The position numbers and the translations under genes were made by a program. From contig CAWDCH010000008.1 in the NCBI GenBank assembly GCA_963800785.1, forward strand, positions 167,182-231,181: a DNA stretch of 64,000 nucleotides, read 5' to 3'. Each line of letters opens with the position of its first letter. Position 1 is the stretch's first letter. The notes under the pieces are model-generated. The model saw only the letters and a program-made list of their open reading frames with translations. It did not search any database and was not told where the DNA came from. Of the stretch, positions 1 to 10,310 are shown one piece after another. Origin of the DNA: Vicinamibacteria bacterium. GTDB taxonomy: Bacteria; Acidobacteriota; Vicinamibacteria; Vicinamibacterales; JAENWD01.

Positions 1-2
1 GT

Positions 3-18
3 AGCAACGGCAATGCCA
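3..18 (-). promoter_or_regulatory. Putative sigma-54 -24/-12 promoter pointing out of the window to the left
   Basis: Minus strand TGGCATTGCCGTTGCT fits TGGCAC-N5-TTGCW with exact GG-N10-GC spacing. Confidence 0.55.
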
Positions 19-216
19 CGCCTCAATCGGTTGCCGCCACCCGTCGGGGGCGAATTCCTTCGGCAAACGCGACGCCGTGCAAGGGTGGGGCGCAGACAAA
101 AATGTCGAACGAGCGACTGGGCTCCTACAACAATGTGGGAGATCAGCCCGTCGCTGCGGAGGCGGGCGCCGCGCGCCTTCTCGGAAACCGCCGCACGAAA
201 GCGGTTACGGATTCGC

Positions 217-232
217 TGGCGCGATTCTTGGA
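217..232 (+). promoter_or_regulatory. Putative variant sigma-54 promoter (-12 TTGG)
   Basis: TGGCGCGATTCTTGGA; the -12 position is 14 nt before ATG 245, as at three other sites. Confidence 0.4.
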
Positions 233-244
233 GTGCCGCAGCCC

Positions 245-460
245 ATGAAGGTCGTTGGCGGCGGCGCGGGCGAGACGCTACGTTCACGCGTCCGCGCCGA
301 GTTCATCGAGATGCCGGGGCTGCAGCTTACATTCGAACAGGCCACGCGCCTCTGGGGGCTCGAGCCGAAGGTATGTCAGGCGCTGATCGATGATCTGGTG
401 TCGTGCGGGTTCCTCAGGCGGACGGCCAACGGACGGGTCGCGCGCGCCGAACGTCAGTGA
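245..460 (+). CDS. Small hypothetical protein (71 aa), possibly winged-helix-like
   Basis: MKVV...RVRAEFIEMPGLQLTFEQATRLWGL...GFLRRT; ATG 245 preferred over the ORF-track start at 77. Confidence 0.65.
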   Translation: MKVVGGGAGETLRSRVRAEFIEMPGLQLTFEQATRLWGLEPKVCQALIDDLVSCGFLRRTANGRVARAERQ

Positions 461-519
461 TGGGACAATTCTGTAGGGTGCGCTGGCAGAAGCGACAAGA
501 ATGTCGCCTCTGGTGACTG

Positions 520-1539
520 TCACTGCGACTCGGCGCCGGGCGGGTGAATGACCGCGACAACGTCCGGCGTCTTGAGATTGTCGACCGTCACCATCATCAC
601 GCCGGTATCCACCTGCGGCGCCACGCTCTTGCCCTGGAGGTGGTCGACCATGGTCCGGACGCTGAGATACCCCATGTTCACGGGGTTCTGGACCACGAAT
701 CCCGCCAGTTCCCCGCGCTCGAGCGGTGCGATGAATGCGGAGCTGTAGTCGAAGCCGACGAACGCGATCTTCCCCGCCTTGCCGATGTCCTGAAGCGCCA
801 GCAGCATTCCGGCGGTGGATGATTCATTGGGGGTGAAGATGCCGTCGAGGCGATCGGCGAAGCGATTCAGCAGGTTCTCGGAGGTGCGCTTCGCGGTGTC
901 GCGCGTGGCGCCCGCATATTGATCGGAAGACGTAACGGTGATCCCCGGATAGCTGGCCTTCAACTCGTCGAGAAATCCCTTTTCGCGTTCCTCAGTGGCG
1001 GCGGAGCCTTCCTGATATCGGAGCATCAGGACCGTGCCGCGTCCCTTCAGTACTTCGCCCATGCGTTTCGCCGCCAGGCGGCCGCCCTTGCCGTTGTCGG
1101 TCGACACGTAGCTCGCTGCCTTCGACGGATCGGCGAGCGCCGAGTCGAAGATGACCGTGGGGATTCCGGCTTGCTTGGCTTCCTCGACAGGCCGGAGCAG
1201 CGCAGTGCTGTCGAGCGGCGCCAGGACAATACCGCTCACGCCCTGGCTGATGAAGCCTTCGACGACCTCGACCTGCTGCTCGCGATCGTCCTCGCGGAGG
1301 GGCGACTTCCACAACACTGTGACCGGTACGCCGGCTTTCCGGTATTCCTCCGCCGCCTTCTCGGCGCCGAGGTGCACGCGCTTCCAGTGCTCGTGCGTGG
1401 ATCCCTTCGGCACCATGGCGATCCTGATCTCCTTCGCGCCGCCTGGCGTCGATTTCGAACCGCACGCCATCGCCGTCACGGCCAGGCTCGCCGCCACAAT
1501 CGCGTAGAAACCGATTTGGGGTCTTGTCAGCGTCGTCAC
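520..1539 (-). CDS. Sugar-binding periplasmic lipoprotein (RbsB/Peripla_BP_4-like)
   Basis: Lipobox-like AMAC, IAMVPKG...HW, GIVLAPLD, VIFDS, TDN..GG, VQNP..MGY, VDTG; GTG start at 1539 inferred. Confidence 0.88.
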   Translation of the reverse strand: MTTLTRPQIGFYAIVAASLAVTAMACGSKSTPGGAKEIRIAMVPKGSTHEHWKRVHLGAEKAAEEYRKAGVPVTVLWKSPLREDDREQQVEVVEGFISQGVSGIVLAPLDSTALLRPVEEAKQAGIPTVIFDSALADPSKAASYVSTDNGKGGRLAAKRMGEVLKGRGTVLMLRYQEGSAATEEREKGFLDELKASYPGITVTSSDQYAGATRDTAKRTSENLLNRFADRLDGIFTPNESSTAGMLLALQDIGKAGKIAFVGFDYSSAFIAPLERGELAGFVVQNPVNMGYLSVRTMVDHLQGKSVAPQVDTGVMMVTVDNLKTPDVVAVIHPPGAESQ

Positions 1540-1691
1540 AGCGCGACAGGCTCGCACAGAACCCGGGAATCGGCAACTCCGCTCGTCCCGACAGCCTTCA
1601 CTGTCGTCAGCGGATTCACAGATTGCACAGACTTCTTCGGGGATCATCGGACCGGTGGGCTCGAGGCCGACGTTCCGCGGGCCGGGCGCAT

Positions 1692-4226
1692 TCAATCGAT
1701 GCGCAACGCGCGCATCGGTTCGACCTTCACGGCGCGGCGTGTCGGAGCGAGACCGGCGACAAGGGCCGCCGCGGCGAGCGCCAGGACGGCGCCTGCGATC
1801 GAGGTGCCGTCCATCGGCGTCACGCCGTAGAGCTGACTCTCGACAAAGCGGCTGAGCCACCACGCAATCGGAAGTCCCGCGGCCGCGCCCGCGACGGCAA
1901 TGGTCAGCGTCTCCCGCATGACGAGCCAGCCGACATCGGCACCGCGCGCGCCGAGCGCCATCCGGATACCAATCTCGCGCGTCCGGCGCGCGACCGTGTA
2001 CGCCATCACGCCGTACAACCCGACCACCGCCAGAGCCGTCGCCAGCACGCCGAAGATCGCCGACATCGTCGCCATCAGCCGCTCGTTGCTCAGCGATCGC
2101 GCCACCTGCATATCGACCGATCGCATCGCGCTGACTGGCAGATTCTGGTCGAGCGCGCGCACCGTCTGCCGCGCCGTCGTGAACGCCGATTCGACGTCGC
2201 GCGTGGTCCGGACGTATACGGCGAAGCCACCGGCGTCGCTGACTTCGAGATAGGGGAAGAACACCTGGCTGCGGATCTCGCTGCGCACGTCCGTGTACTT
2301 GGCGTCCCGGACCACGCCGACGATTTCGATCGGCGTCTTCGTCCCCGGATTGGTGCCGAAGCCGATGCGTCGGCCAATCGCGTTCCCGTGGGGGAAGTAC
2401 TTCTTTACGAAGCGCTCGTTAACGATCGCGACACGGAACTCGGGCGTGTCGTCGCCTGCGGGCTTCGGGGCCGTCGCCACGTACTCGTCGCGCTCATTGA
2501 AGTCGCGCCCGGCCACAATCGGCATGCCCAGCGCCTTGAAATATTCAGGGCTGATGGCGTTGCACAACTGGCCGCTGTCTTCGCGGGGCTTCATCTGGTA
2601 CCCCTCGATGGTCATGCCGCTGCTCCACTGATTGCCCTCGAGGATGCGGACGGTGGCCAGGCCTGCGGAGTCGATCCCAGGAGTGGTCCGCAGGCGATCC
2701 AGCAGCGTCTTAGCGAACTGGCGTGTGCGTGCGGAGTCGTAGCCGTTGCGCGACGGATCCACCTCGAACGTGATGAGGTGTCCCGTCTTGATGCCGAGGT
2801 TCACGGTGGTCAGGTTCGAGAGAGTGCGGATGAAGAGCCCGGCACCGAGCAGCAGCAACAACGACACTGCTACTTGCGATGCGACCAGGGCCTTGCGCAT
2901 GCGACCGCGGCCGCCCAGCACGGCGGTCGATTCCGACTTCAGCGTGGGAGCGAGGTCGGCGCGCGTCGATGTGAACGCCGGCGCCAGGCCAAACACGAGG
3001 CCGGTGAGGACCGCGAGGCCGAACGTAAAGCCGAGGATTCGCAGATCCGGCAGTGTCGACACGACCGGCGGGCCGCTGGGATCCGCGAAGAAGCTCAGCA
3101 CGAGCGGCGCCCCGCCGATCGCCAGCGCGAGACCGGCGAGCCCGCCCGCGATCGACAGCGTCAGGCTTTCGACGACGAGCTGTTGAATGAGACGGGACCG
3201 CGTCGCGCCGAGCGAGAGGCGCGTGGCCATCTCGCGCTGTCGGCCGGCGGCTCGCGCGAGGAGGAGATTGGCGACATTTGCGCATGCGATCACCAGAACA
3301 CCGCCCGCAATGGCCATCAGCACCCAGAGCGGCTTCGTCAGCTCGCGCCGGAAGTTTGAATGCCCCCGTGCGGCGGGATCGAGCACCAGCCTGTTGCGCA
3401 GGTAGGTCGCACGAGAATCGGCGGATGCGGCCGCGAATCCCTTCGATTCCACGTCGGCTTGGAGTGTCGATTGAAAGAGCGGCACCAGTGCAGCGTGCGC
3501 CTGCTCGCGCGTGACGCCATCCCGCAGCCGCCCGAACACCCGCACCCAGCGATACAGTCGATCGTCGAGCCCATCCCAACCGGCGGTCATCTGGGGCTTC
3601 ATCATCATCGGCACGAACACCTGCACCGGCTCGCCAATCTCGATGCCATCGAAGCCTTCCTGAACAACACCGACGACAGTGAAGGGATGGCCGTTGATGA
3701 CCGCCGTGCGTCCGACAACGGTCGGATCGGCGCCGAAGCGAGAGGCCCAGAACGCGTAACTCAGGACGGCGACCGGGTGCCCGCCCTTCTGTCGATCGTC
3801 GGCGGGCGTCAGTAGCCGGCCGACCGCAGGCCGCACGCCGAGCACAGGAAAGTAGCTGCCGGTGACGAGCTCCCCGTGCGCCCGGTCGGTCTTTCCCTGA
3901 AAGCCGATGTGCATGTCGTAGCCAAATCGCCCGAACACACCAGAGAAGACGCGGTTGCGATCGCGCACTTCCGTGTAGGTGGGATACGAGATCTCGCTGC
4001 CGTCACCCCAGTTGCTGCCATAGTGCTCGCCCTCGAACGTCACCTGGACCAGCTGGTGCGGATTTTTCACGGGCAGCAACCGCAACAGCACCTGATCGAC
4101 CAGCGTGAAGATCGCGGTGTTCGCGCCGATACCCAGCGCGATCGACAGCACGGCGATTGCGGTGAATCCTGGGCTGCGGCGGGACGTGCGCAGTGCGAAA
4201 CGAAGATCGGAAAGGAAGTAGGCCAT
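1692..4226 (-). CDS. ADOP/MacB-like ABC transporter permease
   Basis: DLRFALR..SPGF, LALGIGANTAIF, IACANVANLLLAR, RRTREIGIRMALGA; no padR adjacent. Confidence 0.93.
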   Translation of the reverse strand: MAYFLSDLRFALRTSRRSPGFTAIAVLSIALGIGANTAIFTLVDQVLLRLLPVKNPHQLVQVTFEGEHYGSNWGDGSEISYPTYTEVRDRNRVFSGVFGRFGYDMHIGFQGKTDRAHGELVTGSYFPVLGVRPAVGRLLTPADDRQKGGHPVAVLSYAFWASRFGADPTVVGRTAVINGHPFTVVGVVQEGFDGIEIGEPVQVFVPMMMKPQMTAGWDGLDDRLYRWVRVFGRLRDGVTREQAHAALVPLFQSTLQADVESKGFAAASADSRATYLRNRLVLDPAARGHSNFRRELTKPLWVLMAIAGGVLVIACANVANLLLARAAGRQREMATRLSLGATRSRLIQQLVVESLTLSIAGGLAGLALAIGGAPLVLSFFADPSGPPVVSTLPDLRILGFTFGLAVLTGLVFGLAPAFTSTRADLAPTLKSESTAVLGGRGRMRKALVASQVAVSLLLLLGAGLFIRTLSNLTTVNLGIKTGHLITFEVDPSRNGYDSARTRQFAKTLLDRLRTTPGIDSAGLATVRILEGNQWSSGMTIEGYQMKPREDSGQLCNAISPEYFKALGMPIVAGRDFNERDEYVATAPKPAGDDTPEFRVAIVNERFVKKYFPHGNAIGRRIGFGTNPGTKTPIEIVGVVRDAKYTDVRSEIRSQVFFPYLEVSDAGGFAVYVRTTRDVESAFTTARQTVRALDQNLPVSAMRSVDMQVARSLSNERLMATMSAIFGVLATALAVVGLYGVMAYTVARRTREIGIRMALGARGADVGWLVMRETLTIAVAGAAAGLPIAWWLSRFVESQLYGVTPMDGTSIAGAVLALAAAALVAGLAPTRRAVKVEPMRALRID

Positions 4227-4351
4227 CTGTACTCCGGGCCGGCGAGGCGGACCGTGTCGCGCGCCGATGCGTGTTAGACGTGGACGTCAGGAAAAGCGTT
4301 GGTAGTCAACCTCTGTCCGCGTCGATCAGCGGCAATGATGAGTCTGCGACC

Positions 4352-5299
4352 TCAGACGCGGGCGACGGGCGCGCTCAGTGGAGGCAGCGCCGCTTCGATT
4401 TCCCGCCGTGACGACTCGAACCACGGCGGCAGCACCAGCGACTCGCCGAGGTGATTGGGATCTTCGTCAACCGCGAACCCTGGTCCGTCGGTCGCCAGCT
4501 CGAACAAAACGCCGCCCGGTTCCTTGAAGTACACCGACTTGAACCAGAAGCGATCGATTACCGGCGTTGCGTGCGCGCCGGCCGCTTCGGCCTGCGACCG
4601 CACGGTCAGCTGATGCGCTTCGTCGTCGACGCGCCACGCGAGATGGTGCACGCTGCCGACGCCCCAGGCGCCGCGACGCGCCTCGGGCGTCTCACGCAGA
4701 TCGACGACGCCGGGCACGTCCTTGAAGCCGTATCGCGTCCAGCCGTCCTGCGACGCCAGCACCTCGAACCCTAAAGCGCCCGTGAGGAATGTCGTCGTCG
4801 GCGCGAGCTCTCGCTCCCACAACCGGGCGCCGTGGAGGCCGCGTATCTGATAGCGCGCTTCGACCGGTCCGCCGTCCCAGGGCGTGAACAGCGTTCGTGG
4901 CGTAGCTGCCTCGACCAGGCTCACCCGCAAGCCGTGCGGATCGATGACGGGCAGCACGCGCTCGCCAAAGCGCGATTCGACGGCTTCGATTTGCGCTCCG
5001 TACCTGTCGAGCCGCGATCCCCAGAACGTCAGGCTGTCGGGTGGCACCTCCAACGTCACCTCGACCGCCAGGCCATGGCCGATACGTGGCGGCGCCAGAT
5101 GCGCCCACGGAAAGAAGGTGAGGTCGCTTCCGGGGTGCCCTTCTGCGTCGGCATAGAACAGGTGGTAGGTGCCCGGGTCGTCCTGGTTGATGCTCTTTTT
5201 CACCAGACGCATGCCGAGCACGCCGGCGTAGAAATCGAGGTTTTCCTGCGCCGGCCCAGCGATAGCGGTGATGTGGTGCAGTCCGTTGACGCGCGCCAT
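4352..5299 (-). CDS. Ring-cleaving dioxygenase / VOC (glyoxalase) family, MhqO-like
   Basis: GLHHITAIAG, YHLFY, LTFFPW, VHHLAW, DRFWFKSVYFKEPGGVLFELATDGPGF. Confidence 0.92.
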   Translation of the reverse strand: MARVNGLHHITAIAGPAQENLDFYAGVLGMRLVKKSINQDDPGTYHLFYADAEGHPGSDLTFFPWAHLAPPRIGHGLAVEVTLEVPPDSLTFWGSRLDRYGAQIEAVESRFGERVLPVIDPHGLRVSLVEAATPRTLFTPWDGGPVEARYQIRGLHGARLWERELAPTTTFLTGALGFEVLASQDGWTRYGFKDVPGVVDLRETPEARRGAWGVGSVHHLAWRVDDEAHQLTVRSQAEAAGAHATPVIDRFWFKSVYFKEPGGVLFELATDGPGFAVDEDPNHLGESLVLPPWFESSRREIEAALPPLSAPVARV

Positions 5300-5318
5300 C
5301 GATGTCCTCCCGGCAATC

Positions 5319-7190
5319 CTACTGCTTGATCGCCACCAGCCGCACATACCACAGGCGAAACGCCACTGGCGTATCCCGAGGCAGCCACCTGAACTGCCGG
5401 CCGCCCTCGCGGGCGGTCACGGTGTGCGAGCTCACGAGTCCCACGGTGTTCAGTCCAGCACGGGTCATCCGTGCGGGCACCTCGAAACGATAGGCGCCCA
5501 TCCGCGCGGGGTCGCGGGTCAGGCGAATCTCGCCCAGACGCTCGCGATTGAGGAACACGGTCACCGACGGCTGGCGGGTCCGATCGGCGGTTTCCGGGGG
5601 ATCCATCTTCAACGTGAGCCACAAGGGCATCGGCTCGCTGAGCGCGAAGCGTACGGCGGTGTCCGTCGACTTTGCGACTCGCACGACCACCGGGCCGCTG
5701 CGGCGCGGCGCGGACCACGCCCCGCTGAAGAACCAGCGCTCGCGCGCGCCGGCCTCGATCGTCGACGCGTCGGCGGCGGCCAGCGCCTCGCGAACGATAA
5801 GCAGAGGGAGGGCGTAGTAGGCAAGCACCACGGTGACTGCCGCTGCTGCGATCAGGAGGCCCGTCACGCTGCGTCGTCGCGTCAGGAGTGCTGTCCAGGA
5901 TCGCCAGTGTGTTCGATCTCGGAACGCCGCGCTCACGAGATTCGCCGCGCGCCGCCACGCGACGCCTGCGGCGGTCAGGTAGATCGGATAGACGTGTTCA
6001 GAAAACCTCCACGCACCGCCGCCGCCGAGCGAGTAGGTCAGCGCGTATGGCGCAAGCGCGGTGATCATGAGAACGAGCAGGAGGCGTCCGTTGGCCGACC
6101 AGAGGAAGAGCACGAGGCCCACGCCACCACTCCAGCGCAGCGCGGTGACAAGGCGAGGGGACCAGGGACCGAAGCCGCCCCACTTGCTGGCGAACGGCCA
6201 CGCAAACAGGCCACCCATCGCGGTGTCGAACGCCGCGACGGGCCGCTCCTGAAACTGGCGCGCCACGAAATGCGTCGCGCTCTCCGGCACGAATCCTCTG
6301 AGCCCTTCGGCATGGCGGTAGTACCGCGTGTGGTAGTTCACCGCGTAGAAGGGGTCACCCGTGGCCATCCAGCAACTCAGCATGTACGGCCCCACCAGGA
6401 TCGTGGTGAGCAGTGCGGCTAGCCCAGCGATCTTGGCCGCTCGCACCCGTGTCGCCGGCATTGCCGGTTCGACAATCGTCCACACCAATCCCGCCGCCAC
6501 GAACAAGAGCGACGACAGGCGGGTGAGACACGCGGCCGCTCCGGCAAGCCCCGCGGCGATGGCGCTCGTGGGGGCAGGCGTCTGCCGAAGGCGGATGTAC
6601 GACCAGGCCGACAGCGTGAAGAACAGCGTGAACGTGTCGTCACGCCAGCCGCCGGCGCTCCAGCTGATCGCCTCGAACTCGATCGCCCACCCGGCGGCCG
6701 CCAGGAGCCCGACGACCGGCCCGAAGGCGGCGGAGCCGAGCAAGTAGATCGCGGGAACGACCAGCGTCGACGAGAACGCCGACGCGTAGCTGACCGCGAT
6801 GTCGCGGTCGTGCAGGAGACGCTGGAACCCGCGCGTCACCGCGAGAAACATCGGTTCGCGCACGTGGGGCTGATAGAAGCCCTGCATCTCGCGTGCAAAG
6901 CGGATGTAGTTAATCGGATCGCCGGTGTAGGGCGTCGGGTCGTACGTCCAGGTGACGGCCGAAGGCCGGAGCCTCGCCCCGATCGGCGCCGCGACGCGCT
7001 CGACCAGGGCCGCCGCGCCCGTGTCGCCGGTCGCGCCCAGTCGCGTGACCAGCACGTCGGCTCGAAGCGCGGCCGCGTAGAACGTCAGCAGCGCGACCGC
7101 AAGTCGCACCGCAAGTCGATTACGCGTCTCGCGGGGCGGAAGGGAATACGCGCGCGGGCCCACCCGCATCGCGCTAGCTTCGCGCGACAC
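5319..7190 (-). CDS. Membrane glycosyltransferase, GT39/ArnT-PMT-like
   Basis: Multiple TM segments, GDPINY, REPMF, RDD, CLTR motifs; start may be 7169. Confidence 0.7.
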   Translation of the reverse strand: MSREASAMRVGPRAYSLPPRETRNRLAVRLAVALLTFYAAALRADVLVTRLGATGDTGAAALVERVAAPIGARLRPSAVTWTYDPTPYTGDPINYIRFAREMQGFYQPHVREPMFLAVTRGFQRLLHDRDIAVSYASAFSSTLVVPAIYLLGSAAFGPVVGLLAAAGWAIEFEAISWSAGGWRDDTFTLFFTLSAWSYIRLRQTPAPTSAIAAGLAGAAACLTRLSSLLFVAAGLVWTIVEPAMPATRVRAAKIAGLAALLTTILVGPYMLSCWMATGDPFYAVNYHTRYYRHAEGLRGFVPESATHFVARQFQERPVAAFDTAMGGLFAWPFASKWGGFGPWSPRLVTALRWSGGVGLVLFLWSANGRLLLVLMITALAPYALTYSLGGGGAWRFSEHVYPIYLTAAGVAWRRAANLVSAAFRDRTHWRSWTALLTRRRSVTGLLIAAAAVTVVLAYYALPLLIVREALAAADASTIEAGARERWFFSGAWSAPRRSGPVVVRVAKSTDTAVRFALSEPMPLWLTLKMDPPETADRTRQPSVTVFLNRERLGEIRLTRDPARMGAYRFEVPARMTRAGLNTVGLVSSHTVTAREGGRQFRWLPRDTPVAFRLWYVRLVAIKQ

Positions 7191-7307
7191 TCGAAGGAAG
7201 CCGCACGAAGGGAACGGAGCCGGCGCGCGATCTCACGCGGTGATTCTAAGGCGAACCCCCAGCCTTGGCTACGGCCGCGGTCGCGAGCCCGAACTCGTCA
7301 GTGAAGG

Positions 7308-7323
7308 TGGTCCATGGCTTGCT
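7308..7323 (+). promoter_or_regulatory. Putative sigma-54 promoter
   Basis: TGGTCCATGGCTTGCT (GG-N10-GC) about 25 nt upstream of the FAD/Rieske gene. Confidence 0.5.
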
Positions 7324-7347
7324 ACAAAGCACAGAAGAGCGACCAAG

Positions 7348-8904
7348 GTGACCATCGTGGATACAACTCCTTACTGGAACGAAGCCGTGTCGCTGCCGAT
7401 GCTGCGCTGGCTCGACAGTGATCTTCGCGTAGATGTAGGCATCGTCGGCGGCGGAATCACCGGCATCACGGCTGCGTATCTGCTCAAAGCGGCGGGCTGT
7501 ACAGTCGCGCTTCTCGATCGTGAGCGCCTGACCAGCGGCGACACGGGAAGCACCACGGCTCATTTGACTGCCGTGACCGACACTCGCCTGACGGAGCTGG
7601 TCGACGAGTTCGGCCGCGACCACGCTCGGGCCGCGTGGGACGCCGGGCTCGCCGCTCTCGCGCAGATCGACGAGCTGGTGCGGTCGGAGCGGATCGCGTG
7701 CGGCTTCGAATGGGTGCCCGCGTATCTGCATACGCCGGCATCCTGGGCGCATGTGCAGCGCGAGGTCCTCAGCGCGGACGATCTCTCGTCCGACGCGCGC
7801 CTTGCTTCGGAGCTTGGATTCGATGCGGAGTTTGTCGACCGGGTGCCTTTCATGGATATGCCCGGAGTGCGATTCGATGGCCAGGCGCGCTTCCATCCGC
7901 GAGCGTACCTTGCGGGACTTCTGCGGCGCATCGATGGCGAGGGCAGCTATGTCTTCGAGCGCTCTCCGGTCGAGGAAGTGATCGACTCGCCGCTGGCACT
8001 CAAGTCCAACGGGCATACCGTGACGTGCAACTACGTGATCGTCGCCACGCATAATCCCATCGTCGGGAAGGCGAGCCTCGCCGCCGCGACACTCCTGCAG
8101 ACGAAGCTGGCGCTCTATTCGAGTTACGTAGTGGCAGGACGTGTCCCGCACGGACATCTTCCTGACGCGTTGTTCCTCGATACCGCTGATCCGTACAACT
8201 ATCTCAGGCTCGATCCTGGCGACGCGTTCGACGTCGCGATCCTCGGCGGAGAAGATCACAAGACCGGCCAGGAACCGGATACCAACGCCCGCTTCCAGCG
8301 GCTGCAGGAGGCGCTAATCCGCGCCGTTCCGGCGGTGCAGATCACGCACCGATGGTCGGGGCAAGTGATCGAGACACTCGATGGCCTGCCGTACATCGGG
8401 GAGTTCGCCGACCGGCAGTTCATCGCCACCGGCTTCGCCGGCAACGGAATGACGTTCGGCACCCTCGCGGCGATGATGGCGCGCGATGCCGTTCTCGGCG
8501 TGCGCAATCCGTGGCGAGATCTGTTCGATCCGTCGCGTACGAAGCTGAGCGCCGGCACAGTATGGGACTACCTGACCGAGAACAAGGATTACCCCTATTA
8601 CCTCATTCGCGATCGATTTGCGGGCGCCGAAGGAAAGTCGCTGCGCGTAGTGAAGCGGGGCCAGGGCCGAACACTCGATCTGAACGGTGAGCGCGTCGCT
8701 GCCTACCGTGCGCCCGATGGATCTGTTGCGGTGCGATCCGCGGTCTGCACCCACATGGGGTGCCTTGTGCGATGGAATCCCGCCGAGCGGACGTGGGACT
8801 GCCCCTGCCATGGCTCGCGGTTCGCGCCGGACGGCAGCGTCCTCTCTGGTCCTGCCGAGGCGCCGCTCGCTGAAGCTTCCCGCGAAGCCACCAAAATCGT
8901 CTGA
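7348..8904 (+). CDS. FAD-dependent oxidoreductase with C-terminal Rieske [2Fe-2S] domain (YhfW-like)
   Basis: VGGGITG, TTAH, GNGMTFG, CTHMGC...WDCPCHGSRF; GTG start at 7348 or 7357. Confidence 0.92.
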   Translation: MTIVDTTPYWNEAVSLPMLRWLDSDLRVDVGIVGGGITGITAAYLLKAAGCTVALLDRERLTSGDTGSTTAHLTAVTDTRLTELVDEFGRDHARAAWDAGLAALAQIDELVRSERIACGFEWVPAYLHTPASWAHVQREVLSADDLSSDARLASELGFDAEFVDRVPFMDMPGVRFDGQARFHPRAYLAGLLRRIDGEGSYVFERSPVEEVIDSPLALKSNGHTVTCNYVIVATHNPIVGKASLAAATLLQTKLALYSSYVVAGRVPHGHLPDALFLDTADPYNYLRLDPGDAFDVAILGGEDHKTGQEPDTNARFQRLQEALIRAVPAVQITHRWSGQVIETLDGLPYIGEFADRQFIATGFAGNGMTFGTLAAMMARDAVLGVRNPWRDLFDPSRTKLSAGTVWDYLTENKDYPYYLIRDRFAGAEGKSLRVVKRGQGRTLDLNGERVAAYRAPDGSVAVRSAVCTHMGCLVRWNPAERTWDCPCHGSRFAPDGSVLSGPAEAPLAEASREATKIV

Positions 8905-8912
8905 GACCCGGC

Positions 8913-10145
8913 ATGGACCTGCGAACCGGGTTTTCCTACTGGTTATTGCGTAACGGGCTGCTGGCGACGTACCCACCGCTCGAAGACGACCAGACGGCAG
9001 ACGTGACTGTGGTTGGCGGCGGCATTACCGGCGCACTCGCCGCATACGAATTGACGCACGCGGGCGCGAATGTCGTGGTCGTCGACAAGCGCGATGTCGC
9101 GAGCGGGAGTTCGTTGGCGACAACTGGCCTGCTCCTGTGCGAGACGGACGCCTCGCTCCTGGATCTCTGCGATCGCGTCGGCGAGCGGGCGGCCGCTCGT
9201 ACCTACCACCTGGGCATCGAGGCGATCAGCCGCATCGAATCGTTGACCACGAGCCTCGCCGATACGTGCGGCTTCGCGCGTCGCTCGAGCCTGTACCTGG
9301 CGTCGACACGCGAGGATGCCAGGATGCTGGAACGCGAGTACGCGTTGCGTCGCAAGCATGGAATCGGCGTGGCGCTGCTCGGCCCGGCTGAGATTCATCG
9401 TAAGTGGGGCATTGACGCGCCGAATGCGCTTTACAGCCACGGCGCCGAAATTGACTGCTTTCGCTTCGCTCATCGGCTCCTGGCCGCAGCGCGCCAGCGA
9501 GGCGCGCGAATCTACGACAGGACGACCGTCGAGCGCCTCGAAGTGGAAGACGGAGCGCGGATGACGATCGTCACGGCGGGCAACCACCGGATCCGGTCGC
9601 GGTGGGTCGTTGCCGCCCTCGGATACGAAGCGGTCGAGCACATCCGGCTACCCCAAACGCAGTTGAGCAGCACCTGGGCGTTTGCCTCGGAGCCGCTGCG
9701 CAATCGCCTCCCGTGGGGCGAGCGCAGCTTAATTTGGGAAACCGCGCGTCCGTATCTCTACGCGCGAACAACGGACGACAACCGGATCGTCGTCGGTGGC
9801 GAGGACGAGCCCTATGCGGAGGGGCACCAGGATCGAGACCTGCTCAAACGCAAGACCGCTCGTCTCGCGTCGCGCATCCGGGAGCTCTTTCCGCACCTGA
9901 GATTCGAGATCGCGTATGCGTGGGCGGGGACGTTCGGATCGACCACCGATGGCCTGCCGCTGATCGGCCCGGCGTCCGACAACCCACGATTGTGGTATGC
10001 GCTCGGCTACGGCGGCAACGGGATCACGCTCAGCACGATCGCGGCACGGCTCGTCGTCGAAGCGTATCTCGGTCGTCCATCGCCCGACGCAGCCTTCTTT
10101 GCGCTCAATCGCCCGGGCGTCGCTGACACGCTGCGCGCGACGTGA
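8913..10145 (+). CDS. FAD-dependent oxidoreductase, DAO family
   Basis: VGGGITGA, WETARPYLYAR, DGLPLIG, LGYGGNGIT. Confidence 0.9.
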   Translation: MDLRTGFSYWLLRNGLLATYPPLEDDQTADVTVVGGGITGALAAYELTHAGANVVVVDKRDVASGSSLATTGLLLCETDASLLDLCDRVGERAAARTYHLGIEAISRIESLTTSLADTCGFARRSSLYLASTREDARMLEREYALRRKHGIGVALLGPAEIHRKWGIDAPNALYSHGAEIDCFRFAHRLLAAARQRGARIYDRTTVERLEVEDGARMTIVTAGNHRIRSRWVVAALGYEAVEHIRLPQTQLSSTWAFASEPLRNRLPWGERSLIWETARPYLYARTTDDNRIVVGGEDEPYAEGHQDRDLLKRKTARLASRIRELFPHLRFEIAYAWAGTFGSTTDGLPLIGPASDNPRLWYALGYGGNGITLSTIAARLVVEAYLGRPSPDAAFFALNRPGVADTLRAT

Positions 10146-10178
10146 GCCATGCTGTCGCGCGTGCCAAGCGCGGGACGA

Positions 10179-10304
10179 TCCACAGATTGCACAGACGCAG
10201 ATTCATTCGCGGCCTGGGTTCATCACTCCTGGCGCGCGGCCTGCTGCCGGTCGGCTTGGTGTCGTGAAACCCGAAGGAATCTGTGAAATCTGTGTCATCC
10301 GTGG
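10179..10304. repeat. Foldback element built from CAC(A/G)GAT modules
   Basis: CCACAGATTGCACAGACGCAGATT ... AATCTGTGAAATCTGTGTCATCCGTGG as inverted arms between convergent genes. Confidence 0.7.
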
Positions 10305-10310
10305 ACCAAA